From Squatina squatina (taxonomy: Eukaryota), in contig JARFOE010000234.1 in assembly GCA_031763465.1 (NCBI GenBank), positions 9,763,568 through 9,796,635 of the forward strand: a DNA stretch of 33,068 nt. The letters run 5' to 3'. The notes under the pieces were generated by a model. The model saw nothing but the letters and a program-made list of their open reading frames with translations. It had not been told where the DNA came from and made no database searches. How positions within the stretch are numbered: the stretch's first letter is position 1; every line of letters starts with the position of its first letter. The position numbers and the translations under genes are program-made. This document shows, one piece after another, positions 10,438-21,716 of this stretch.

Positions 10438-12023
10438 TGGGATAAGAATTGAAAAGAAGAGGTACTAGAAAGGCTGGCCCAACTTAAAGTAGATAAATCA
10501 CCAGGACCAGATGGGATGTATCCAAGGATGCTGAGGGAATTGAGGGCGGAAATTGCGGAGGTACTGGACATAATCTTCCAATCCTCCTTAGAAACAGGGG
10601 TGGTGCCAGGGGGCTGGAGAATTGCAAATGTTTACACCCTTGTTTAAAAAAGGGTGTAAGATAAATCCAGCAACTATAGGCCGGTCAGTTTAACATCGGT
10701 AGTGGAGAAACTTTTAGAATCAATAATCAGGGACAAAATCAACAGTCACTTGTACAAGTGTGGATGAATTAAGGAAAGCCAGCACAGATTTGTTAAAGGT
10801 AAATTGTGTTTAACCAATTTGATCGAGCTTTTTAATGAGGTAACAGAGAGAGTTGATGAGGGTAATGAGGTTGACGTGGTATACATGGATTCCCACAAGA
10901 CATTAGACAAAGTGCCACATAATAGGCTTAACAGCAAGGTTGAACCCCATTGGAATAAAAGGGACAGTGGAAGCCTGGATACGAAATTGGCTAAGTGACA
11001 GGAAACAGCTTAGTCGTAAACAGTTGTTTTTCGGACTGGAGGAAGGTATACAGTGGTATTCCCCAGGGGCGAGTACTAGGACCACTGCTTTTCTTGATGC
11101 ATCTTAATGATTTGGATGTGGTTGTCCAGGACACAATTTCAAAATTTACAGATGACAAAAAACTTGGAAGTATAGTGAATAGAGAGGATGAGAGTGATAG
11201 ACTTCAGGAAGACATAGACAGGCTGGTGGAATAGGCAGACACATGGCAGATGAAATTTAACACAAAAAAGTGTGAAGTGATAGATGTTAGTAGAAAGAAT
11301 GAGGAGAGAAAATATAAACTAAAGGATACAATCCTAAAGTGGGGTATAAGTGCACAAATCGTTGAAGGTGGCAGAGCAGGTTGAGAAAGTGGTTAAAAAG
11401 GCAGTCGGGATTCTGGGCTTCATGCATAGAGTACAAAAGCGTGGAAATTACGATGAACCTGTATAAAACACTGGTTCGGCCTCAACTCTGGGCACCGCAC
11501 TTTAGGAAGGATGTGAAGGCCCTAGAGAGGGTGCAGAAAAGATTTACAAGAATGGTTCCAGGGATGAGAGACTTCAGCTCTGTGGATAGACTGAAGAAGC
11601 TGGGGTTGTTCTCATTAGTGCAAAGAAGGTTGAGAGGAAATTTGATAGAAGTGTTCAAAATCATAAAGGATCGAGACAGAGTAGATAGAGAGAAACTGTT
11701 CCCATTGGCAGAAGGGTCGAGAATCAGAGGACACAGATTTAAGGTGATTGGCAGAAAAACCAAAGGCAACATGAGGAAAAACTTTTTTACGCAGCGAGTG
11801 GTCAGGATCTGGAATGTACTGCCTGAAATGGTGGTGGAGGCAGATTCAATCATGGCTTTCAAAAGGAATTGGATAAGTACCTGAAGAAAAAGTTTGCGGG
11901 GCTAAGGGGAAAGGGCGGGGGATTGAGACTCGTTGAAGTGCTCTTGCGGAGAGCTGGCACAAGCTTGACAATTTGAATGCCCTCCTTCTGTGCTGTAACC
12001 ATTTGATGATTCTATGATTCTAT
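10438..12023 (+). mobile_element. CR1-clade LINE (shark HER1-like), decayed ORF2 reverse transcriptase region plus 3'UTR; 5' end lost in gap
   Basis: KSPGPDGMYPRMLREL, NYRPVSLTSVVEKLLE, CLTNLIELFNEVT..VDVVYMD..DKVPH, GIPQGRVLGPLLF..KFTDD, LERVQKRFTRMVPG, FFTQRVVRIWN; many stops and frameshifts; ends in gattctatgattctat. Confidence 0.97.
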
Positions 12024-12175
12024 ACCCTTTAGAAATCAGTCCAACACTCCATTTAAAAAAAAAAAGTACTGACTTCACTAACTCAGGTGCTGAAGGAGAA
12101 CAGTTGAAGGAAACATTGCTCTCTGGGCGATCCTGACCTTTCAATTGGGCCATCTAGCCTGGCTTATCTTCTGTT

Positions 12176-12324
12176 GGTGTCAGTCATGGCTCATTGCCAC
12201 AATCTCATCTCTGAGTCAGAAGCTTGTGGGATCAAGCCCCATGATAGAGGCTTGAGCAAAAACCTCGGCTGACATTTCAATGCAGCACTGAGGGAGTGCT
12301 GTTTTATTGGAGGGGCCGTCTTTC
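12176..12324 (+). mobile_element. Deu-domain SINE, 5' half
   Basis: gtgtcagtcatggctca head, ctctgagtcagaag..gtgggatcaagcccc, then ggctgaca..tgcagcactgagggagtgctg..ggaggggccgtctttc; reverse complement of 26016-26166. Confidence 0.85.
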
Positions 12325-12329
12325 TTGTT

Positions 12330-12500
12330 GTCCCTTCCCCTCCCCCTTTGTTTTATTTAGCCCCACAAAGAGACTTTATCATCTTCCTGTTGCCAGTCCT
12401 GATGAGGTTTTCACACCCAACACGACAACCTATCTTTTCTTGTGAGCTACTGTTGCATTTTGTTTTGTGTGTGGATTCAAGCTACATCCAGCATTCTTGG
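12330..12500 (+). mobile_element. Decayed Penelope-like element terminal fragment with degenerate hammerhead core
   Basis: ccagtcctgatgagg...cacacccaacacg resembles recalled fish/shark PLE ends (gtcctgatgaagg...cccgaaacg), followed by a pyrimidine tract and tccagcatt. Confidence 0.45.
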
Positions 12501-13623
12501 AAAGACTGGTTTGGTATTAATTTTTGATGTATTCTCCATAGTGTTAGAACAAATCAATGGGCTTGCCATCTCTCTGGAACAATGCATCTGTCATCCCTTC
12601 AAAATAAGGTGGTCATGTTGCCTTGGCCAATAGTACTGTTGCTGCATCCAGATGCCTGAAATGACCTAAAGTGTAATTCTCTCTGCTGTGAACCATCAAA
12701 TTGCAGACAGAGTAATGGGAATCACTGAGAGACCCTCCAAATCTGTGGCAAGCACTTGGCATGTCTGTTATTATCTCCCTTATTCCTGTAACTTCTTCTA
12801 TATGAATAATTTGTCCTTGGCCTCGGCAACCTTTAACTGCAATATGACTATCTCAAAACCTTCCTACTTTATGCTCGCTGCTCCTTTTTATTTAGTCTAT
12901 TTTAACTTAATCTACCAGTAACACTCCATAAAGTGCTATTTTCTGATAGGTGCAAAATTGAGAGGAAAAATCAGCAATTTTCTGAAGATTCACCTGTTGT
13001 CCCCTTTACGTGATCTGAAATAAATTTGAAAATCAGAGTCTATTATCATTTCTATATAAAAATATTCTTTGCCAAAAAGAATAAGTTCTCTGCAAGGTTA
13101 TAGCAAAGGATCTAAATGAGCTCGCTACAGGTTTCTTGACAGCTGGAGGGCAGGGTCTTGCAATAATCTTAATTAGCTTGCCGTGGGCATTTATTACAAT
13201 CTTGTATTTTTCTATAATTATGCCAAAGGGACTTAGTTACTGATGGAAGAAAATACTGCAAAGTTTTAGTGAGTACAACTGGGTCAAAGCCTTGGTCTAG
13301 TCGCAACAAGCCTTAATGCCAGGATCATCAGTAGCTGCTCATAGTTTTATGATGTTGCATGGAGCTACTCTTCATTGAAGGCTCCTTCTCAACTCCTCCT
13401 ACAAGAATAATGAGTAGCGCTGTGTTCCATTGACACATTTCTATAAATCATTTTGTTACTTGTGAGTAAGCAAACATTAAATGTATCTCAGGTGGGTTAT
13501 GTTACATATTTTCCTTGTGTGATCAATCTAACCTTTCCTCAGATGAATCAGATGACACAATATTTAAAATCCATTAATTTATTATAACAAGCACACAGCC
13601 CTCTGTAGGCATAATTATTCTTC

Positions 13624-13914
13624 ATAAGAACATAAGAATTTAAGAAATAGGAGTGGGAGTGGGCCACTCGGCACTTCGAAGCTGCTCCACCGTTCAATAA
13701 GATCATGGCTGATCTTCTACCTCAACTCCACATTCCTGCACTATCCCCATATTCCTTGATTCCCTTACTATCCAAAAATCTATTGATCTCTGTCTTGAAT
13801 ATACTCAATGACTGAGAATCCACAGTCCTCTGGAGTACAGAATTCCAAGAATTCACCACCCTCTGAGTGAAGAAATTTCTCTTCATCTCAGTCCTAAATG
13901 GCCGACCCCTTGTT
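13624..13914 (-). mobile_element. CR1 LINE 3' end (ORF2 C-terminus and 3'UTR), cut by gap
   Basis: cataagaacataagaa tail; caataagatcatggctgatc; accctctgagtgaagaaa reads FFTQRV on the minus strand; homologous to 32678-32824. Confidence 0.92.
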
Positions 13915-14014
13915 NNNNNNNNNNNNNNNNNNNNNNNNNNNNNNNNNNNNNNNNNNNNNNNNNNNNNNNNNNNNNNNNNNNNNNNNNNNNNNNNNNNNNN
14001 NNNNNNNNNNNNNN

Positions 14015-14455
14015 TCCCCCTTATTAATTCCCAACAGGCAGGTCACCTTCTTTGGGTCACCAACCTTGGGTGCAGCATCCACAGCTCCTCCTGATGATGG
14101 ACCACTGCAGGCTTGACTGATGACAGCTTCTTGCTCCAAGCATCCTCTCGTGATGGCTTCTTGCAACGGCCTACTGACCTGCAGCTGTCGCTGTAGGCTT
14201 TCCAAGACTGAAACTGCCTGTTTCCCTCAAGACACAGCTTCACTGACAGCTGATAGCTCAAGCTTTGGTGAACTTCAATCTTTCCGTGCAGCTGATGCTC
14301 CAGATCTCCCCGTTGGTTGTTCTGAGCCCCCACCTGTGAGCATCATTCCAGGACTCCTTGACAAATGCCCCAGGCTCGAACCGCTGAATATTTCTAGGCC
14401 ACACATCATATGCAAATGCAGAATATTCCTGCTTTCACTCTTCCATTGCCATCAG
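14015..14455 (-). pseudogene. Possible decayed coding remnant of unknown (probably transposon) origin
   Basis: One minus frame runs about 145 codons with two TGA stops (..SAARKD*SSPKLELSAVSEAVS*GKQAVSVLESLQRQLQVSRPLQEAITRG..); GC higher than flanks; no recognised motif. Confidence 0.25.
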
Positions 14456-14932
14456 TGGAAAATGAAGCCTCAATAAAATCATTTGAACAGCGCAACACTT
14501 AAAAAGACAATTTTATAATTTTTAATGATTTTAATGAAGTATTGTTCTTAACATTCTGAGCAGTCTCATTCTGACTTTCAAATCAGATGGAAGGATGAAT
14601 ACTGTTGGGTCTCGTGGTCTTTTCTCACTCTTCTTTTTGTAGACCTATGTATTTGTATGCCTGTCCTAATAGGGGCATTTTTCCATGGATTCCCAAACTG
14701 AGGGTAAATTTTGGAACAACATAGAAACAAAGCGAATTTGGCAAATCATCGAATCCATGGAGAAAACCACAATTACAACCCCAATGTTTCCATCTCACTG
14801 AGCCTGTTTGGCAGTCCTTCAAGTCATCTGAGCAGCTTCTGAAGTTTGTGATGGTTTCTTGAAAAGGACATGGCTGTGTTTTAAAAGATTTAAAACCAGC
14901 TGTGTTTGCACTGCTCTTTTAAATCGCAGAGC

Positions 14933-15390
14933 TTTTTTTAAAAATTCATTCCTGGGATGTGGGCATCGCTGGCAAGGCCAACATTTATTGCCCCTCCCTA
15001 GTTGCCCTTGAGAAGGTGGTGATGAGCTGCCTTCTTGAACCGCTGCAGTAGCAGTTGGTTACAACTGAGTGGCTTGCTAGGCCATTTCAGAGGGCAGATA
15101 AGAATCAACCACATTGCTGTGGGTCTGGAGTCACATACAGGACAGACTGGGTAAGGACAGCAGATTCCCTTCCCTAAAGGACATTAGTGAACCAGATAGG
15201 TTTTTAACAACAATCCAATAGTTTCATAGTCACCATTACTGACACTAGCTTTATTAATTCCAGATTATTTTTTAAATTAACTGAGTTGAAATTTCACAGC
15301 TACCGTGGTGGGATTTAAACTCACATCTCTGGACCAATAGTCCAAGCACTCTGGATTACTAGTCCTGTAACTTAACCACTACACTACTGA
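14933..15390 (-). mobile_element. Near full-length tRNA-derived SINE with LINE-derived 3' tail
   Basis: Homologous to 4893-5157; the minus-strand 3' end encodes LQRFKKAAHHHLLKGN* followed by ggcaataaatgttggccttgccagcgatgcccacatccc and an A-rich tail. Confidence 0.9.
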
Positions 15391-15394
15391 GTCC

Positions 15395-15466
15395 TCAGCC
15401 ATGACCTTATTGAATATGCTTGAGGGGCTGAATGGACTAATCCTGTTCCTAGGTTTCCTATGTTCC
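15395..15466 (+). mobile_element. Short CR1 3'UTR fragment
   Basis: cagccatgaccttattgaat..gaggggctgaatggactaatcctgttccta is nearly identical to 32738-32800. Confidence 0.75.
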
Positions 15467-15840
15467 ACTCTATAGGTTTAAAAAGGTAGTGAGACATCAA
15501 CTAAATCACTACTTTCTGACTTATCTCAACTTCCTCGCTACTCTTTTCAACCTTGATGCTGTTCTGCACTATGAGCTTTGACCATCAACCAGAAATCTCA
15601 ACTTTTAAAAGAGTAGTGAAAATGAATTAAAAAAAACATCCAGGAAGACTTTTCACGTGGAGCACATGAATAAAATGGAAACACATTCACCCTGTATAGT
15701 CCTTGACTGAACAAGAAACTCTGTGGTGAATTAACTTGCTGGTTACTTTAAAAAATATATATATTTTATAATGTTACATTGTAAAGTTACCTAATGACAG
15801 ATGTGCAGACTATTTAAATACAACCTAACTTTAAACTTAC

Positions 15841-16025
15841 CGAATGATGGCACTGTACATCCCTTTTGAGTTTCGTTTGTGAGCAGCAATTTACTTTGGT
15901 TCCTGCCATCATCGCTATCGGGTACCAATTCTTTGTGAGCTCTTGTGTTGGTCGGTGACTGAGGAATGCTGGGTAGAGTTCGAGACTTTGCCAGCAGAGG
16001 CCGCTGCAACTTTCTGTCCAAAGAC
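15841..16025 (-). CDS. Internal coding exon candidate, 185 bp, phase 2-1 (SLDRKLQRPLLAKSRTLPSIPQSPTNTRAHKELVPDSDDGRNQSKLLLTNETQKGCTVPSF), host gene not recognised
   Basis: Acceptor cttttttggtcttgtcttag| and consensus donor TCG|gtaagt bracket an open frame; GC higher than AT-rich flanks; S/P/R-rich peptide resembling a signalling protein. Confidence 0.75.
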
Positions 16026-16644
16026 CTAAGACAAGACCAAAAAAGTATGTCCACCTTAATGCACAGGAAATAAACAGCTTGTTTTTGCATCATTGCTAAG
16101 AGAAGAGCAACCCATATTCATTCCACAGTAGTTGAAGTTTCTAACATGTGACTTGGTCACAAGATTGCTTGTGCGTTTGGGAAGTTCCATTTATATGCTG
16201 CTTGTTATTAAAACAATAAAACATGGAAGAGTTTATCATATACCTCAGATTGTAAATTTTTGAAAGGTGAGATCCTTATTCTCCATGCTAGCAGGCCCTA
16301 AACTAAGCCTTTCGAGTATGGAGGAGCAAGTTGAAAAATGTCACTGCAGCTTCTGCTTTACTCCACAAATCACTCCCAGATAAGTTGTAGCACAGCNNNN
16401 NNNNNNNNNNNNNNNNNNNNNNNNNNNNNNNNNNNNNNNNNNNNNNNNNNNNNNNNNNNNNNNNNNNNNNNNNNNNNNNNNNNNNNNNNNNNNNNNTTTG
16501 TGTAAAGAAAGGTGTAATTTTATCTCTATTGAATTAAAGTCGTGCTGGATCATGCAGAGAAGTAAATGAGAGGACGATTGTGATGCATGTAATATTATGT
16601 GACAGGGGAGGCTATGTGAATCGCCTCCTGAGAGTGGATTAGTC

Positions 16645-16782
16645 ACCCGCTCCTCGTCACATCTCCGTTAAAACCAGAAGTTGGTGGGTCCAAGGCGGGT
16701 TGGGTTCCTGTTTCAGATTTGCAAAATCTTTTAACTTCCCAGTTGACTCAAATCTGCCATTTTTGGAGTTAAGTTTACCCCC
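16645..16782 (+). mobile_element. Short MITE-like repeat, same family as 28789-28919
   Basis: Shared ctccgttaaa..aagt(t)gg(t)gggt..gggttggg..aaatc(tgc/cac)ca..tttgg..gttaa pattern between the two loci. Confidence 0.6.
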
Positions 16783-17483
16783 ATTGTGTCTGTGCTGGAG
16801 CAATCAATTAGTGTTTTAATTCCGGCTGTACATGCCCGGGATCAGTGAGAGTTTTCTCAACAGGACAGCATTTCTGTGCAAAGTTTATGCATCTGGGACC
16901 CATGTGCACATGTTAAAATGATTAATCCTTTGGTATTGTGTGTCTTCAAATGTATGCCTGCTCACAATCTCTTGCTGTATTATTAAAATCTGTAACAATC
17001 AACTCGCAGAGAATAAGAGAAATTTGCTTAGAAATGACTCGGTCCTCCAGTACAATATATCAGAACCACAATTATCATTGGTGTATTTTTACATTTTGCT
17101 TTAAAATGAAAATATAATTCCCCACACACCACAGGGTGTTCTGCCCTAACGTCCCCAACTAATTTGTCTGCCTTCTGATTTAGTGCAGCGTCCATATTCT
17201 AAACCTAACAAGACAATTAAAGCACAGAAGTTATTAAACCAGTCCTTTCAAACTCTCTGTCTACAAATACAGGCTTGGAGATGAAGCTGACTAACCAGTC
17301 AAAGTCTCACTGGGGCCATAACACCTATGGAGGCCACAGGGACACGACTGCATTGCCTCGCTGAAATAGTAACCATTAATAACNNNNNNNNNNNNNNNNN
17401 NNNNNNNNNNNNNNNNNNNNNNNNNNNNNNNNNNNNNNNNNNNNNNNNNNNNNNNNNNNNNNNNNNNNNNNNNNNNNNNNNNN

Positions 17484-17562
17484 TTTCAAGCATATATCCA
17501 ATTCCCCATTGAAAGTTACGACTGACTCTTCTTCCAGCAGTCTTTCAGGCAGTACACTTCAC
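17484..17562 (-). mobile_element. CR1 ORF2 C-terminal fragment
   Basis: tatccaattcccc..ttgaaag..ttcaggcagtaca is the reverse complement of 11810-11880 (gtactgcctgaaa..ctttcaaaaggaattggata). Confidence 0.6.
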
Positions 17563-18432
17563 AGGATGTATCCAGCAATACAGCACCAGTGAGACTGAAG
17601 ATACAATGACTAATACATACAGCATGGAGGTACTTCTGCAGAAGGGAAGCCAGGTGGGAGCCTGGAACTGTTCAGGTAGATGGCCACTGTAGCCACATTG
17701 AAAGCCATATACGGTATTTTATTCTTGTAATGATTATAAGCAGGAAACGTATGGCTTGTTACACTCATTTCCATTGCTAATGATGTTGCTCATTCAAAGT
17801 AGAAAGAGCAGACTGGGGCATTACTTTAAGTGCCCACACTCACTGTCAGGCTATGCAACTATAAACTAATTAGGCTGGGAAATTAACCGATGAATTAATA
17901 ATTTACAATTATTCATTAACACTTTTATGGTTAATAAAAGTGGCTGAAGTAATTAAGAAAGAATGTGATAGATCCTATACCATTTTACTTTACTTCACTA
18001 TTTCTACATAGGTTCCTATCAAAAGCCCATCCATCAACAGAAATCAACCCAAAGTGGTACAGATGAAAGCAAAAGAATAGCACTTACAACCGAAAGGGAT
18101 TACTGACTCAAATGCAGTTAATTAATAATCATTTACCAATGATGACTACTTAGTAATTTATTAAATTGGCACAACATGACTCACTAAAATTGTGAGGATA
18201 TGGGAAAGTAAGACATGGGCCAATAAGTCTCTGATTATAAATATTTCAAGGTTTTAATGTGTTTTGTGTGGCAGTAGCTCTGCAATATGTTCTTGCTGTA
18301 AAATGTCATTTGTTATTCTATCTAATTAATCCACATGTTACACTGAGTCATGATGCCCACCATGCTGCTCAGGAGGAGTTGGTCATTCCTGCTGAGCTTC
18401 TACTAAGGCTTTAAACCTGCACAAGCAAGTCA

Positions 18433-18504
18433 CCTAATGACCAAAGAGTGACCACCCTTCTGGGGAGGGGTTGGCAAACTGGGTCACTTTAGGGTCACTT
18501 TAGG
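18433..18504. promoter_or_regulatory. DR5 (RARE-like) motif GGGTCA-n5-GGGTCA within an imperfect inverted repeat
   Basis: gggtca cttta gggtca at 18481-18497; tgacca aagag tgacca at 18438-18454 on the opposite strand; motif match only. Confidence 0.3.
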
Positions 18505-18624
18505 CTCCAAGATGTCACGGTTGGTGATTGCAGACTGCAAATGAACAAATCCTCTGTGCCGGGCTTGACAATCTGATGCCTGAACTCCCTGGTGGTGTTG
18601 ATGATTGACCATAGAACCTGGTTC

Positions 18625-18812
18625 ACAGAATTACATAGAAATTACAGCACAGAAATAGGCCATTTGGACCAACTAGTCTGTCAGGTGTTTATGCTCCACA
18701 CGAACCTCCTCTAAACAATCAGAATAACCTTCTGTTCCTTTCTCCCTCGAGTATTTATGTTGCTTCTGCTTGAAGGCAGCTATGCAGTTCACCTCAACGA
18801 CTCCATGTGGTA
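18625..18812 (-). mobile_element. CR1 LINE 3' end, cut by gap
   Basis: acatagaaattacagcacagaaataggccatt..ggtgtttatgctc matches 30262-30336; minus strand reads PHGVVEVNCIAAFKQK (CR1 ORF2 C-terminus). Confidence 0.85.
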
Positions 18813-18919
18813 NNNNNNNNNNNNNNNNNNNNNNNNNNNNNNNNNNNNNNNNNNNNNNNNNNNNNNNNNNNNNNNNNNNNNNNNNNNNNNNNNNNNNNNN
18901 NNNNNNNNNNNNAGACAAT

Positions 18920-19670
18920 GGCTCAGATTTTGCTGTAGAAATAACAGTGAGGCGATCAGCATTCACCATTATTAAAGAGTAAATTGAACAACAACATCCG
19001 GCGACCGTACACACGTAGTTAAACACAAATCAGGAAGTTGCTGTCCAAGTTGCCCTGCTCCATACCAGTATTTCACCAAGACACTCCGCATTGAAACACG
19101 TGGAAGGCCGTGAAGTTGCGGTACTTACCCACTAACCGCGCCAGAAAAAGATAGGGCTTGACCATTCCAATGAAAGTAAATTTTTAACAGTAAGGTTAAA
19201 TCTTACTGCCAAACATCCTCCCTGGCACTGAAAATGTACTTTTACAAGTATGGAGTCTCATTCCTTCAGATACTAATTATTGTTGCAGATTTTTTTAAAT
19301 TCCTAAATTTAAATTTTTTTAAAAACTTTTTCTCTCTGTCTCTTTTATCTCTCTAGCTTAATTCCATCCTTTTCTTTTTATTTTGCTTTCTGTACATGAT
19401 TTTACAATGAATTAAATATTCTAACTTACAGTTCCTGGTTGAGACTCCACGTGGCTCAGTAAGGATTCTTCAATCGGATTGGTTGAGGAGATACACAGTT
19501 GCTTGCCCTGTTCACACAGGTCCCAGGTCCACTGTAGACGGCACTGCACTGTTTTTGGATTATTAATAACTGCAAGTTCCAGTGAAAAAGCCCACAGTAA
19601 GTCTCTGGGCAAGTCTAAGTGTCATGAGCGGCTTGCACTATTCATTCACCGCTGACCGCAAAACATGGGC
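18920..19670. mobile_element. About 750-bp non-autonomous DNA transposon candidate (Harbinger-like)
   Basis: Imperfect TIRs gctcagattttgc / gcaaaacatgggc (10 of 13 match); aat on both flanks as a possible 3-bp TSD; CpG-richer ends and AT-rich core. Confidence 0.55.
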
Positions 19671-21344
19671 AATTACTCAATCCAAACGGAGGTAAATTGG
19701 TGACATCTCGCCAATTATACAGAAAGATATGTATTCTGCAAGAAAGATACTTTCAATATCTTCACATATTGAGCTACAAAAAGTGCGTGGGCCGGCCTTC
19801 AGCAACTTCCTAACTATCTTTTATTCTACATATTTTACAGTTTAATTCCATTTTACATTTACAGTTGGACTTTATATCTTCTTACCGCTGCCACTGAACA
19901 AGGTTCAGCGTTATCTTTGTTGAGCACATGTTCTCCTGGAAACATTCTATAATTTTCCCAATTAAATCCTCACATTCAAATCTGATCTCCTGCTACAACA
20001 CCTTCTAAATGCCACAATAAGTGTACTATCCATGAATGGCAGTGTCAGGAAGCAGCATTTGAAATTCAGAAAAAAATGGAGAGTTGAATGNNNNNNNNNN
20101 NNNNNNNNNNNNNNNNNNNNNNNNNNNNNNNNNNNNNNNNNNNNNNNNNNNNNNNNNNNNNNNNNNNNNNNNNNNNNNNNNNNNNNNNNNTTCACACACA
20201 TGAAAAGCACCAACTTGGAGTGAGGTACTGGGGAAACGTACTTCAATAATGTGAAGAGGACAGACAAAGAAGACAGGTAGAAAAAGAGAGAGAAAAAGAA
20301 AGAAGGTATGAGTTAAATAGGACCTGCAATAGAAGTCTAATGGCACGAATGTGAGCACAGTAAGTGGTAATTATTTGATTGCCACTTGAGGTAATGCACT
20401 AAAGATGGCCCAAACTTAGCTTTTGTTTTTAGTTTGAGTGATGGCTTTTCACATATTTATGGCATTGTGTGAATAAATCGATGGCAGTTCAATATTTTGC
20501 TTTTTAAGTGAAGGAAGAAAAAGGGTTGAAGAATTTTATGAAATAACTTGTGACAGATGCTTGCTGAGAATCAGCTATTGAATGTGTTAAATCATTAGCT
20601 TTTCAAAATTAAGGGTGTGTTTTGAATCGGAAGAAAGCCTCTCTTTTTAAAAATATTTTTTAACAACTACATTTAATCAGAACTTGTGTTACAGAGATGA
20701 AAGAGGTGCTTTTAATGTAATTTTACGCTTCAGTTGGAATCAAGGCAGCTCAGATACATTAAGGAGCTCATTTTATCTTGACTGACTCTAAATAAAGACG
20801 AAATAATGAGGAAGCAAAATCAGTACCTGCACTCAAATGATCCTAATTGTACAGTCATAGTAAAAAAAAAAATGCCATTATAATTAATGTCTCATTCACA
20901 CATGAACGAATATGTGAGCTAGCCACTTCAGCAGAACTCCTGTGTTTGACTGAATAAAATTATCTTGATTAACTTACGCAATAGCTCTGATTTTGAGAGA
21001 CCTGTGCTCGCCTATGGGTCAGACCTGCCTATGTGAGCAGCAGGAAGAGCTGGCCTCTCTGTTTTTTGCAAGGTCAGACACTCCCTCTAATTTCCACACA
21101 CTCCCTGTGCATGGAAAATGTGCAGGGGTCAGCTCCAGAAACTGCTAATCTGAAATTTGGGTCAACCAACTGCACTTATGAATGCATCCTCATGAATGGA
21201 GGGGATACTGCAACAGGATGAAGGTACCGAGGGAGGAAACATTTTGGACATTTTTGCAATGATGGTGCGAGTAAGACTCTAATGGATGAGAAAGGTTGTT
21301 CAACTAATTTAAATTGATCCATCCAGAAAGATTATAAAGTACCC

Positions 21345-21716
21345 CCAATCCAGCATCCAATTTTTTCCTCAATGATTTCTTCCCCTCCATTACACTATCT
21401 GAAAGTCTATTCCATACATTGATTATCCTTTGTGTGAAGGAGAATTTCCTGGCATAGGTCATAAGTTTACCTTTTACTAGTTTGAACCTGTGTCCCTTTC
21501 TCCTACTTTAATTACAATTTAGTTTAAAGTAATTTTCGAGATTTGCCTTCTTTTTCTTAACTATCCTACATCACTTCTCAAGTACCTCCCTTCTAGGGTG
21601 AATCACCCATGTTTCTCCAGTCTTTCCTCATAAATCAGATCTTTGACACTAAGGATTAGTCTTATGGACCTTCTCTGGACTGTCTCCAGAGTTGGAATGT
21701 CTCCCTTGTATCTCAG
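21345..21716 (-). mobile_element. Old, highly diverged CR1 ORF2 3' fragment
   Basis: Reverse complement resembles 11500-11880: ctggagacagtccagagaagg (LETVQRR), gaggaaagactggagaaac, gggacacaggttcaaact, ttcacacaaaggataatcaatgtatggaat (FTQRIINVWN). Confidence 0.75.

Noticed and set aside
11381-11884. 167-aa ORF as a functional gene
   Set aside because: C-terminal part of the decayed CR1 ORF2; the antisense ORF 11482-11862 is its shadow.
14643-14800. Acceptor site followed by short ORFs (MDSQTEGKFWNNIETKRIWQ...)
   Set aside because: No consistent frame between acceptor and donor that I can support; no recognised homology.
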